NCBI GenBank assembly: GCA_038087875.1
Contig: JAXLNO010000085.1
Location: 1 to 64,000 of the forward strand
Direction of reading: 5' to 3'
From: Malacoraja senta
Lineage: Eukaryota
Length of the DNA stretch: 64,000 bases
Part shown: positions 13,158 through 26,334 of the stretch, one piece after another
Layout: every line of letters begins with the position of its first letter
How positions within the stretch are numbered: the stretch's first letter is position 1
Notes under the pieces: model-generated
Seen by the model: only the letters and a program-made list of their open reading frames with translations
The model's database searches: none
Told to the model about the DNA's origin: nothing
Program-made: the position numbers and the translations under genes

Positions 13158-15072
13158 TGTAGTGTCCAAACGTCGTGTACAAGCGTTGTTTGTATTAAGA
13201 CACAAGACCAAGTGCAGACCCGTTGGGTCTGCTCCCCCAACGCACCCGTTCCCTACCCGTAGCCCCCACGGGAGGTGTGGTCCTCCAACTCAAGCCGTTC
13301 CCGAATGTAAGATTCCAGCACTCCCGCCTCCCTGAGCAGTGGCCTTTAAAAAAAATTCCAATTGCACTTCCCCTGCGTGTTGCAATAGCAATTCCCCCTC
13401 CCCCTCCTGTGGGGTGAAAAGTTCAGAGTGTTCCTGAGTCGTCACTGATAGCCAAGCCATTGTGACGTCATCAGTTGAAGCTGGTCGTTTTATATTCAAA
13501 GTCTTTTGATTTTTTTAAACTTTAATCAGTAATGTCCAGAAATAAAGTATAAAATGTTCAGTGAAAGTGATCTCTGCCTGGAGGGGAAAAATGTGAATCA
13601 GAATATGTAAAAATCTTGTGAAAGTTGGCATTTTAAAATCTTTAATCGCGCAAAACGTGCAATATAGGATGAAATCTTCAGTGAAGCTGATCACTGCTAG
13701 CTGAGCCATTGTGACGTCATCAGTGAAAGCTGGTCCTTTTAAATTCAAAGTATTTTGATGTTTTTAAACTTCTTACTTACCTTTAATCAGTAATAAACAG
13801 AGAAATAAAGCATAAAATGTTCAGTGAAGGTGCTCTCGGGGGAAAAATGTCAATCAGAATATGTAAAAATGTAATCGTTACCGCGTAGTGTTTTTGCTAA
13901 GATGTAAAGACAGCCACATATACACACACATATACACATACATAAACACACGTACAAGATCAGACTTTTAATGATATAACAGGTTTGGCATACATGCGAG
14001 TTTGGTACACTCTAACATAAAGTCATTGTTGCTGCTGTTGAGCGAGGTTGTTGACTCGAGCTCTCAAGCTAAGTTTCTGCTGTTGTTGTAGGGCACACCC
14101 CTTAACTGATGATGTTCTCTTCCCGCCAAACGCAGTCACGTGACCGTTCCAGTTCTGGTGACGAGGGTTCGATCAGTAATTGGCTTGACCACCAGGTGGC
14201 GCCACATGATCAGATGAGCAGACAGACGAAATGCAGTAGCCTGAACTCGTAAACACAACACCCACGCCCAGAAACACAACCGGTAAAGATGAGAGCGGCG
14301 AGGCTGGGCCACCTGTACGGGCTGACCAATGTCCCAAATGAGCGGGCTGAAGATGAGCCACCCAGGTCAAGCACAAAAGTCACATTAGGTAGACACACAG
14401 GCAGTCCTTGAGGGCAGAAGCAGGCGGGACGGCGAAACAGAAAAAAGCGAGCCTACCTTCATCTAGAAGGCTCGCCAGCATGGTCGAGGGCTGCTCCTGC
14501 TGTGGGTCAGGCCGTGGGTCGAGACTGTGGGGCCCGCCAGCGCTCAGGCTGTGGGCCGGGGGTTGCAAGGAGACCTAGGCAAAAGCTGCAGAAGGGGCGA
14601 GACGCTGTCCTCATCGACCGGCAGGTGGCGTGCCAGGAGAACCCCCCCCCCCAAAAAACAAAAAATCAGCGCCCATCAGCGGCTGGGAGATGTCGGCAAT
14701 AACGAAAGAACAAGGAAAACGACAGGAACCGAAAATGAAAAAAAACTGCGGACATGGCGAGAAACCCAAAATATCATTTTGGAACATCGGGTCACCACTG
14801 TAGTGAGGCCAAACGTTGTGTACAAACGTTGTTTTGATTAAGACATTACAGGTTTGGCATACATGCGAGTTTGGTACACTCTAACATAAAGTCATTGTTG
14901 CTGCTAGAGTGAGGTTGTTGACTCGAGCTCTCGAGTTAAGTTTCTGCTGTTGTTATAGGGCACACCCCTTAACTGCTGACGTTCTCTTCCCGCCAAACGC
15001 AGTCACGTGACCGTTCCCGTTCTGGTGGCGAGGGTTCATCAGTAAGTGGCTTGACCACCAGGTAGCGCCACA
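13158..15072 (-). mobile_element. Non-autonomous mini LTR retroelement (TRIM-like)
   Basis: Two TG...CA repeats of about 274 bp (14799-15072; 13158-13202 joined to 13979-14206), CCAT TSD (13154-57 / 15073-76), tRNA-Trp-like PBS TGGTGACCCGATGT at 14797-14784 on -, 592-bp internal region with no recognisable ORF. Confidence 0.85.
13203..13978 (-). mobile_element. Helitron-like non-autonomous element inserted in the LTR
   Basis: Splits the LTR with no TSD; 8-bp GC hairpin GCAGACCC-3nt-GGGTCTGC 11 nt from a CTTG end (CTAG-like); TG/TA microsatellite near the other end; internal duplication of about 170 bp. Confidence 0.65.
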
Positions 15073-17827
15073 CCATCACTGAAACCAGTTAAGATTAGTC
15101 TCTTCATGTTCGCTTCAGCCTCTATCTTATTCCACTTGCTTTCCTCATCCATGATCGTTATCTTATACAGCTCATTGTCGACTTCTTTGAAGCACCTTGG
15201 GATGTTTTCTATATTGAAGGTTATGCATGTGACTTTATTTAAGCATTAAAATAAAACAGAGGCCTCCCAAGCTTCTCACAAGATCCAAGGAAGCACTTGG
15301 TCAGGTTCTGGGGATTTATCCGCTGTAATGTGCTTACCTCTTGGGTAATTTATAAATTGTTTGACACATTACAATTAATTTACCTCCATACCTTAACTTC
15401 CATGTTATTCTAAATGGATACATAATTAGATTGACGTTCTCTTTGAACATCTACAGTACCCAATCTCTCACCATTACCCTGATGATAATTTGCCGTCTTT
15501 GATTTTCAGAATCATAGCCTTTTGGGTAATTAGAATGAGTGATCCCAGACTTGACATCACCTGACTCTCTATTAATCTCAAATTGTGGATGTACCAACTT
15601 TATCATTTTGATATGAGCTGCTCGGAGATTGGTCGGAACATTTAATTCATATATTGAATTTAACCTAATAGCCATCTTGTACAAAAAGGTTCTAGAATTG
15701 TTAATAACTAGGAAGTTACGGGTACATTAAAGGATATAAGAAGATTCTTAGTACATTTTAATTCAATATAATGAAGTGGAATTTTATATTTTGGGCTTGA
15801 AGGAAAAGTAATTCTGTTACAATTGTATACATTGAGAAGGAATGGAGTGTAATTTGGATGATATGAATTCTGTGCTTGGTGTGGTTGAATGTGCTTTTGG
15901 GCAATTAGAATACTATGCTTGGGCTGGAACTATCTCCAAGACAGCTACAGTATGTGCTAGACTAAATCTTAATATAGTACTACTTTTAGCCAGATATGCA
16001 ACAAGATATGTCTAACAACTGCATGAGAGTGCAGAAATATATGCAAACAGGATCAAAAAACACGCTGCTGGAGGAACTCAGTGGGTCAGGCAGCATCCGT
16101 GGAAGGTAATGGACAGATGTATTTTTGGGTCAGCACCCTTCTTCAGGCTGATGAAGTAGAAGTAGGAGGAAGTAGAAGTAGTAGTTAATAAAAAAGAGGT
16201 GAGGCAAGAGCTGGCAAATGATGGACTCTGTGAAAAATTTCCTTCTGACTTCAGTCCTAAATATCTGGTGCGTTATCTAGAGATAAACTCCCTTGTTTCA
16301 GGCAATCTAATCAAGAATAACTACTCCACACCTTCCCACTCACCTTTTCAAGTGCCATCAAACCTTATGTTTCAATAAACATCTAATCTTATTCTTAGTC
16401 TCCACCTTTTGTCACAGGACAATTGTCATCCCAGGGGTCAATCTAGAAAATATTCATTACAAATGAGCCAAAAATATTCCAACACATATGGAGGAAACAG
16501 TTGATAAGGGGAAAGGTAATTTTGGTTCTCATTTAGTGCAATGAGACATGGTTAAATTGATAATCTTGTTGTAAAGGGGCCTTCTTCATGAAGTGCCCAT
16601 GGTATGACATCATTTGACAGTGCTGTTTAAACATTGAAGTCTTAAATCTAAACGGAGGTGAGAAGAAGGGTACTGACCTGAAACGTCACCTATCCATGGT
16701 CTTCAGAGATGATGCCTGACCCACTGATTTACTCTGGCATTTTGTGTCTCTTTTTGGCGCATAAAAGGCTGGGGCACAAGAGCTCATGGAATTGGGCAAT
16801 TATGTTAGCATGGAATGTAGACTTGGCAAAAAGGGATGGGCAATAAAGATACACAAAAAAATGTTTTAAAAAAACCTCATTGATATGCAGCCCATTTGAT
16901 CAATCTGTGCTTGACCCTTATCTGTACCACTGCTTATTAAACATGGTCAACTAATATAATCACAAGCACAGTTGGACTTGGTGGTTTTCTGTCAGAGAAA
17001 AATAATGTCATGTGTTGGTTGTTATCATGGCAAGTCTTTTGCTAATGCCTACTGAGGAACATTATTTACAGCTAGAACAAAAAACACTCTCTGTAACGGG
17101 GCATTTAACATTTTCATCTGTACCTAGATAATAGTTTTAATCTTATGACTGCCCATATGCCTCTTGATAGTCTGTCTTTCAATGCTAATAGCAAACTGCC
17201 GATTCACCATAAGCAGTGAATACTTGAGCCCCAAGAAATATGATCTCAGCTAGTGATTATCAGTTTTATCATGCTGATTACTTCATGTGCCATCCCTTGC
17301 CTACAGTTGAACCCATTGGCCATGAAGAAGTGGCTGTCAAATCAGGTGTATATTGCGCAAGCATAATTGCAGTGCTCAGAATTATGATGCTAAGCAAAAT
17401 CAAAACTGTACTAAAGCAAAATGTGATAAAAAGGAACTGTGGATGCTGGTTTATACCAAAGATAGACATAAAATGTCGGAGTAACTCAGCGGGTCAGGCA
17501 GCATCTCTGGGGAAAATGGGTAACTTTTCAGTTAGGAACATTTCTTCAGTCTGCAGTAAAGCAAGAAGTGTCTCTTTCACAGTGCATGGTGACAATTTGT
17601 TTACAAAAATGACCATGGAAATGACATCCTCTCCTAACACGGCACATAAACTGTAAGCCTTGCAGAAAGTTAGTGATGAACTTGTAATTGCACCTACCTC
17701 CATTTTTGTATTGTTTTGGAATTACTTTATGGATATTACTCAGAAAAGCCATAAAAAAATCATGAAAAATTCCTATTACAGTAAAAGGTCAGGTTCACAG
17801 GAATTGATTGTGTGGTTGTACTTAAAT

Positions 17828-18045
17828 AGATAGACACAAAATGCTGGAATAACTCAACGGGTCAGGCTACATCTCTGGAGAAAAAGAATAGGTGACATTT
17901 CGAGTCTGAACCCTTCTTCAGACCCGCCCCCCACCCCCAGTCTGAAGAAGGGTCTCGACCCGAAACATTGCCTATTTCCTTCGCTCCATAGATGCTGCCT
18001 CACCCGCTGAGTTTCTGCAGCATTTTTGTCTACCTTCTTCAGACT
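17828..18045. mobile_element. Two Penelope-type terminal-repeat units in opposite orientation, each with a hammerhead motif
   Basis: + motif CTGAAGA-A-GGGTC-TC-GACCC-GAAAC-ATT (17942-17969); - motif at 17892-17923; 12-bp direct repeat CCTTCTTCAGAC (17912-23 / 18033-44). Confidence 0.7.
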
Positions 18046-18679
18046 GGACCCTTTTTTGAAAATAAAAAAAACTGCTGATACTCAAAATCTAATATAAAAG
18101 TAGATAATGTTGAAATGCTCAATAGGTCAGTCAGCATCTGTGGAAAGAGAACCCAGTATGATGAAAGGCATTTGACTTGAAACATTAACTCTTCCCGCTG
18201 TGAGATTGAAATAAGCAACTGGTTTTCAACAGTGATGACCTCACAATGTTTGGAACTTGCTACTTGTTATGAAGTGGATGCATTTGAATAATTAATCATA
18301 ATGTCACTTTACTGATGAGAATTTTAAAATTGGGTTGTTACTTAATCTGCTCTGTAGTCACGGGTTATGGGTGAATGCCATTTGGTACAAATTTTGGATT
18401 TGGCATCAGAATTTTGGGTGGCTTCAAGTTTACAGAGGGTAGAATGTGGGAAGGTAGGCCAGTTATTATGAGAAAGCCAAGATCAGAGATAACAAAGGAA
18501 GGAAAAAGAGTTTTAGCAGCAGAGGACATGCCAGGGATAGAATTAGGCATTGCTCTGGTTATTATGGACATGGGCAGACTTAGAGATAACAATGTTGGAA
18601 GCTGACTTTGGAGTAAAGTTCAACACGAGCATCACAAGCTCATACTATCTGCCATCTCTTGTGCCTCTCAGATTTAGAC

Positions 18680-18987
18680 TTTAGACTTTTAGCCTTTAGA
18701 GATACAGCGTGGAAACAGGCCCTTTGGCCCACCAGGTCCACACCAACCAGCAATCACCCCAAACACCAGTTCTATCCTACACAAGGACAATTTTACAATT
18801 TACAGTAGTCAATTATCCTACAAACCTGTACGTCTTTGGAGTGTAAGAGGAAACCAGACCACCCGGAGAAAACCCACGCAGTCACAGGGAGAATGTACAA
18901 ACTCCGTACAGACAGCACCCGTAGTTAGGATCGAACCTGGGTCTCTCTTTCTCTTGGGCAGCAACTCTACTGCTGCACCACTGTGCC
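18680..18987 (-). mobile_element. V-SINE/HE1-like SINE
   Basis: Reverse complement of the family consensus, with tail tttagactttag and head gctgcaccactgtgcc. Confidence 0.85.
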
Positions 18988-19346
18988 AGATATTGCTGAC
19001 AGAGATGTATCTAGAGGCTGTGGTGCAAAATTTGTAAAGATTACTAAAGACAACAGCTTCAATCTGCCTAAAATTCATTTAAGGAAATATTTATTGAGTA
19101 TTGGATGTAATAGGTGTACTGTAATGACATAAATAGGAGATGAAAAGAGAAATACGAGAGTGCAGTATGACCCTATCATTGATGCCAGTGCCTCCTTAAG
19201 CTAAAAAGATCCAGGTAAATTCTCAATTCTTAGAATTAGTTTCTCTCTACTGGAATTAGAATGAGAAAATAATTTTATAATTTTATAGATTTATTTAATT
19301 CATGAGACAATGGAATAATTCTTTTCACTTTTTTTTAATCTTTCAG

Positions 19347-19421
19347 TGATATTTCTCAGAGTGATTCCTTGGAGAGAATTGAGACTCAAGCTTTTGTTGA
19401 TCTTAAGGACTTGATGGAACT
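19347..19421 (+). CDS. lhcgr: LHCGR exon 3 (LRR), 75 bp
   Basis: tttcag|T...CT|gtaag; DISQSDSLERIETQAFVDLKDLMEL, cf. mammalian EISQIDSLERIEANAF. Confidence 0.93.
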
Positions 19422-19574
19422 GTAAGTAGTGTTGTAAATATTATAATTTTGCCAATGCCAAACTAGTTTAACCTTGAAACCAATGTGATTAAAGGAGTGG
19501 AAAACCAAGAGCTGAATTTTAACTCCTTCGGGCATGTGAGAGTTTAAAACACTGAAAGTAAAGTGAAGCAATTA

Positions 19575-19935
19575 GAGTCGTAGAGTGATAGTGTGATACA
19601 GCATGGAAACAGGCCCTTCAGCCCAACTTGCCCACACTGGCCAACATGTCCCAGCTACACTAGTCCCACCTGCCCACATTTGGTCCATATCCCAGCAAAC
19701 CTGTCCTATTCATGTACCTGTCCAACTGTTTATTAAACATTGGGATAATCTCTGCCTCAACTGGCAGCTTGTTCTAGACACCCACCACCTTTTTTGTGAA
19801 GAAGTAACCCCTCAGATTCCTATTAAATCGTTGCCCCTTCACCTTAGACCTATGCCCTCTGGTCCACGATTCCCCTACTCTGGGCAAGAGACTCTATGCA
19901 TCTAACCGATCTATTCCTCTCATGATTTTATACAC
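19575..19935 (-). mobile_element. CR1 LINE 3' fragment
   Basis: ggaaacaggcccttcagccc tail and cccctcagattcctattaaatc segment of the CR1 ORF2 end. Confidence 0.65.
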
Positions 19936-22900
19936 AAATTTTGTTGTGTTTTGTTATTAATTTTATTATGGTTTTAGTCTCCAATCTATCAACTATCACA
20001 TTTAAGTCGAGTGTGCTAGGATGGGTGGGAACAACTCCTTCTGGAGAGGCGGGCTGATAATTTCAATGAGATACTAATTTGCCTCCTGAGCTTAGTAATG
20101 AAAGCTAAGCAACAGTAGAGAGGGCTGAAGACTGGGCGAGCAAATCTATGAACATTGATTGCAACCTCACAGCTGATTTCTCAAATGAATCTTTGGATGA
20201 TTTTGTTCCCCAAAAAATTACACTGAGAGTCTAACTTTGAGCATCAGAGCTTGCTTTGTGAACTTAGCAGTTCAATTTCCAAACTTTGGACATGAGCACT
20301 TGTAAACTGTAAGAACACAAAGTGTTGGAGTAACTCAGCGGGTCAGGCACGGATAGGTAATGTTTTGGGTCAGGAAGAAGGGTCCCAAAACATTGCCTAT
20401 CCATGTTCTCTAAACATGCTGCCTGACACACTGAGTTACTCCAGCACTTTGTGTCCTTTTTTGTAAGCCAGCATCTGCAGTTCTTGGTTTCTACTCCTTG
20501 TGAGCTGTAGTTTATCCTCATCAGCATAGTGTTGCTAATGCTGTTATACCTTGCAATTTAGAAAAGGTCCATTGATCATTGTCAGTTAGTTTCTCAATAT
20601 AGGATAGATCCTTGCACACATCCAGCTACAGAGAAGAGTGGGAATCGATTGGCAGAGTTACAGCTGACATACGGCCATACCTACATGATTAGTGGTTCAT
20701 GTGGGTAGCCACTCTTTTCATGTGCAAAGACATTCGATGATTGAAAATCTTGCAGGAGATGAATTTTGTGCTTTGCCCAACTTTAAACATCATTTGGGCA
20801 AGGTGGATGCTGCAAAGACAATGCTCATACATGTGAAATTCTCGCTCCCAAGAACATATTCCCTATTAACACTATTAACAATTCCAATTAACTCTTCCAT
20901 AGACATCTGCAAATCGGTTAATTTTTGTATGTGCAGGATTATTTATTTTTCTGGTTTCAGGCACTCATTTTCTCAACACGTTTTTATTTTAAGTTTCAGT
21001 CACAGGTTCCAGCTAAGACACTCCAGTAACATGCTTCACCATCTCCATGGTGAGAATTTCGATTTAAAGGTCAGTCACTGAAAAGAAATAAAAGGCCATG
21101 CAAATCATTAAAAAAAAATTATTAGAGTATTAACACAAAATAGATTTTCTGCTCACAGCTGGTATTATAAATGAATAGTTAATGAAGTGCAAACTTGCTG
21201 TTCAGGTGCTCCCTGGTCTGACCAGGTTTAAGATTTATCTTCTTCTATCATTCTGCTGACAAAAAAACAAAATTATTATAATAAGGTAACTTCTATTCTT
21301 GTGGTATATTTCCAAAATGTATTTAAAAATTAAAATGAATAGTAAGCTTTAAAAGCTCAGAGAATGTACCACCAAGAGATACACCCACTAAATATATCCA
21401 TTAAAATCACTGTTTTAAGAGAGAGTTGCCATTTTATGCCCTGTTTTATTCAATTTCACATAAAAATAAAGAATTGGAAAATAATGGCCATGCTGGCAGA
21501 CATTTTTTTTTCTGTCTGAAATTACCCCTCCTGTGTTCTCCTCCACTGAAAACCTGGTAGTATACAATGGCATCAAAAAACCTCCAGGGCAAGACTAGAC
21601 CTCACTATTGTGATTTGCTTCAAGTAACCTATACTTGCCATGTTCTCCAACATTTTCTACAACCATTACCACACCTCCATTATCTCATAAATACAACTGT
21701 TAATACGAGACGAGACGATAGAACTTTATTCATCCCCCGAGGAAAATTGATCCAATACAATAAAGTATCATTCATGCATTCAACCCAGGTCCTCCACCAC
21801 CCCCATTTTCTCATTTTGCTGACCGATCCAATCCAACTGATATTGTAACATCACATTCTTCCCCACACCCACAATCACCAGTGCCTTAAGGTTCCTGTGT
21901 CAAATCAAATAGCCTAAATGCCATTGAGCAAACATTTAATTTGACATCTACTCAATATAAATCAGTGGGACCTACAAAGGATAGATAATCCAATAATTAG
22001 GCAACAAGATCCGCTGAAGTGCTGCCTCCAGCACTTTGTGTCTATCTTCGGAGATGTAAACCTGGTTGTTTCACGCCACTTCTCATTTTATGTTGCTGTA
22101 GAAATTTGACTGGGCTGCTTCAGGAGTGAGAGACCCTTGCAGTTCTGGGACAATCTGGTGCTCTGAACTCAGCAACGAAACAGGAAGCAGTTGGTTACTG
22201 CAGTAATTCAGTAATTTTCCTTTATACTTCAGATCCCAACCCTGCACAGGACTAAACACTCTTCCGCTACCCCCCACCCAATTCCCAATCAACCTCCCGC
22301 CCCAACATAAATATCATAGTTTTACCATTCTTTACTCCCATTAGCCAGCGATCCAAATGTGAAGCTTTGATGCCAGCTACTCACTGTGGCCATAAATACA
22401 TTGAACCCAGCCTCTGACTGAATAACAGATGCCACTTTATCAATACCAGAATATCAGCATCATATGAGTTTCAAGCCCTTGTGCTCAACTGAAAATTGCA
22501 ATAGGGGTGGCTAATGCATGAAACAGAAATAGAACATAGAACAGTACAGTTCAACAACTGGCACTTCAGCCCACAATGACTGTGCTGAATATGATGCCAA
22601 GACCAACTCTTACCTGCCTGCACATCATCCATATTCCTCCATTCCCTGAATATCCACATGCCTATCCAAAAGTCTCTTAAATGCCAATATTGTATCTGCC
22701 TCAACCACTACCCCCAGCAGCACGTTCCAGGAACACGCCCCCCTCTGCCATTCATTGGTGGCTGGCTTCTGGACATAATTTGTTCAGCCATGATGGAGTA
22801 ACAGACATATACAGCAGGAAAACAAGCCTTTCAGCCCCTCTCCATGTCGACTGGGTTGCCTAACCAAGTTCGTCCCACTTGCCTGCACCTGGCCCATATT

Positions 22901-23047
22901 CATCCAAGCTCTTCCTACCCACATACCTGTCCAAATGCCTTTTGAATGGCATTATTATGCCTACCTCTACTCACGTCCTCTGGCAGTTCATTCCATGTAC
23001 GCATCCACCTCTGTGTGAAAATATTGTCCCTCATGTCCCCGTGAAAT

Positions 23048-26000
23048 GGGGTGGTTATCTCTGGATCGCTTCCAGTACCACGTGCTAATGAGGACAGGAA
23101 CAGGGAGATAGGGGATCTGAATGTGTGGCTGAGGGGCTGGTGCAGGGAGCAAGGATTTAGATTTATAGACCACTGGGATCTCTTCTGGGGTAGGGGTGAC
23201 CTGTACAAAAGGGACGGGTTACACCTTAACTGGAGGGGGACCGACATTCTGGCAGGCAGGTTTGCTAGGGCTACACGTGTGGGTTTAAACTAAATAGTGA
23301 GGGGGAGGGATTGACAAATTGGGAGTATAAAGATGGTGTTGAAGGGAAAGTGGCTACAGGAAAAATTACAAAAGATTCTCGAATTAATGGGAAGGAAAGC
23401 TTGAGAATGGTCAGAGTAAGGTCAGGGCCAATTGCGAGGGGGGAAGTGAATACGGAGGTCAAAGTACTCTATATGAATGCGCGAGGTATAAGGAATAAAG
23501 TGGACAAGCTTGAAGCTCAGTTAGAAACTGGCAAGTATGATGTTGTGGAAATTACTGAGACATGGCTGCAAGAGGGCCAGGGCTGGGAACTGAATATTCA
23601 AGGGTATACCTCCTATCGAAAAGACAGACAGGTGGGCAGAGGGGGTGGGGTTGCCCTGTTGGTGAGGAATGAAATTCAGTCCCTTCCAAGGGGTGACATT
23701 GAAACAGGAGATGTGGAGTCAGTATGGATAGAACTAAGGAATTGTAAGGGTAAAAAGACCCTAATGGGACTAATCTACAGGCCCCCAAACAGTAGCCTGG
23801 ACATAGGGCACAAGTTGAATCAGGAGTTAAAATTGGCATGTAGCAAAAGTAATGCTGTGGTTGTTATGGGAGATTTCAACATGCAGGTAGACTGGGAAAA
23901 TCAGGTTGGTATTGGACCCCAAGAAAGGGACTTTGTAGTGCCTTCGTGATGGATTCTTTAAACAGCCTGTGTTGGAGCCTACCAGGGAGAAGGCAATTCT
24001 GTATTTAGTGTTATGTAATGAACCGGATTTGATAAAGGACCTCGAGGTTAATGAGCCATTAGGAGGCAGTGACCATAACATGGTCAGGTTTAATCTACAA
24101 TTGGAGAGGGAGAAGAGTAGATCGGAGGTGTCAGTGTTGCAGTTGAATAAAAGGGACTATGGGGCCATGAGGGAGGAGCTGGCCAAAGTTGACTGGAAAG
24201 ATACACTAGCAGGGATGACAGTGGAACAAAAATGGCAGGTGTTTCTAGGAATAATACAGAAGGTGCAGGATCAGTTCATTCCAAGGAGGAAGAAAGATTC
24301 CAAGGGGAGAAAGGGACGACCATGGCTGACAAGGAACGTCAGGGACAGTATAAAAATTAAAGCGAAGAAGTACAACGTAGCAAAGATGTGCGGGAAGCAA
24401 GAAGATTGGGTAATGTTTAAAGAACAGAAGATAACCAAAAAGACAATACAGGGAGAAAAAATGAGGTACGAAGGTAAGCTAGCCAAGAATATAAAGCAGG
24501 ATAGTAAAAGCTTCTTTAGGTATGTGAAGAGGAAAAAATTAGTTAAGACCAAAGTTGGACCCTTGAAGGTGAATTTATTATGGGGAACGAGGAAATGGCA
24601 GATGAGTTGAACAGGTACTTTGGATCTGTCTTCACTAAGGAGGAAACAAACAATCTTCCTGATATAGTAGTGGCCAGAGGATCTGGGATGACGGAGGAAC
24701 TGAAGGAAATCCACATTAGGCAGGAAATGGTGTTGGATAGACTCATGGGACTGAAGGCTGATAAATCCCCAGGGCCTGATGGTCTGCATCCCAGGGTACT
24801 TAAGGAAGTGGCTCTAGAAATCGTGGATGCATTGGTGATAATTTTCCAATGTTCTATAGACTCAGGATCAGTTCCTGTGGATTGGACGGTAGCTAATGTT
24901 ATCCAAATTTTTAAGAAAGGTGGGAGAGAGAAAACAGGGAATTATAGACCAGTTAGCCTGACATCGGTGGTGGGGAAGATGCTGGAGTCAATTATAAAAG
25001 ATGAGATAGCCGCACATTTGGATAGCAGTAACAGGATCGTTCCAAGTCAGCATGGATTTACGAAGGGGAAATCATGCTTGACTAATCTTCTGGAATTTTT
25101 TGAAGATGTAACTAGGAAAATGGACAAGGGAGAGCCAGTGGATGTAGTGTACCTGGACTTTCAGATAGCATTTGATAAGGTCCCACATAGGAGATTAGTG
25201 GGCAAAATTAGGGCACATGGTATTGGGGGTAGAGTGCTGACATGGATAGAGAAGTGGTTGGCAACAGGAAACAAAGAGTAGGGATTAACGGGTCCCTTTC
25301 AGAATGGCAGGAAGTGACTAGTGGGGTACCGCAAGGCTCGGTGCTGGGACCGCAGCTATTTACAATATACATCAAAAGATTTGGATGAAGGGATTCAAAG
25401 TAACATTAGCAAATTTGCAGATGACATAAAGCTGGGTGGCAGTGTGAACTGTGAGGAGGATGCTATGAAAATGCAGGGTGACTTGGACAGGTTGGGGGAG
25501 TGGGCAGATGCATGGCAGATGACGTTTAATGCGGATAAATGTGAGGTTATCCACTTTGGTAGCAAAAACAGGAAGGCAGATTACTATCTAAATGGTGTCA
25601 AGTTGGTAAAAGGGGAAGTACAACGGGATCTGGGGGTCCTTGTACATCAGTCTATGAAAGTACAGCATGCAGGTACAGCAGGCAGTGAAGAAAGCGAATG
25701 GCATGTTGGCCTTTATAACAAGAGGAATCAAATATAGGAGCAAAGAGGTCCTTCTGCAGTTGTACAGAGCCCTAGTGAGACCACACCTGGAGTATTGTGT
25801 GCTGTTTTCGTCCCCTAATTTGAGGAAGGACATTCTTGCTATTGAGGGAGTGCAGCGTAGGTTTACAAGGTTAATTCCCGGGATGGCGGGACTGTCATAT
25901 GCTGAGAGAATGGAGCAGCTGGGCTTGTACACTCTGGAGTTTAGAAGGATGAGAGGGAATCTCATTGAAACATATAAGATTGTTAAGGGCTTGGACACGC

Positions 26001-26334
26001 TAGAGGCAGGAAACATGTTCCCGATGTTGGGGGAGTCCAGAACCAGGGGCCACAGTTTAAGAATAAGGAGTAAGCCATTTAGAACGGAGACGAGGAAACA
26101 CTTTTTCTCACAGAGAGTGGTGAGTCTGTGGAATTCTCTGCCTCAGAGGGTGGTGGAGGCAGGTTCTCTGGATGCTTTCAAGAGAGAGCTAGATAGGGCT
26201 CTTAAAAATAGCAGTCATGGAATATGGGGAGAAGGCAGGAACGGGGTACTGATTGGGGATGATCAGCCATGATCACATTGAATGGCGGTGCTGGCTCGAA
26301 GGGCCAAATGGCCTACTCCTGCACTATTGTCTAT
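23048..26334 (+). mobile_element. CR1 LINE, 5'-truncated: ORF1 SGNH-esterase end plus frameshifted ORF2 (APE endonuclease and RT)
   Basis: ORF1 ...FRFIDHW...DGLHLN; ORF2 YMNARG, ITETWL, GDFN, GSDH, YLDF, KFADD; CR1 3' tail; TGAAAT TSD (23042-47 / 26335-40). Confidence 0.95.
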
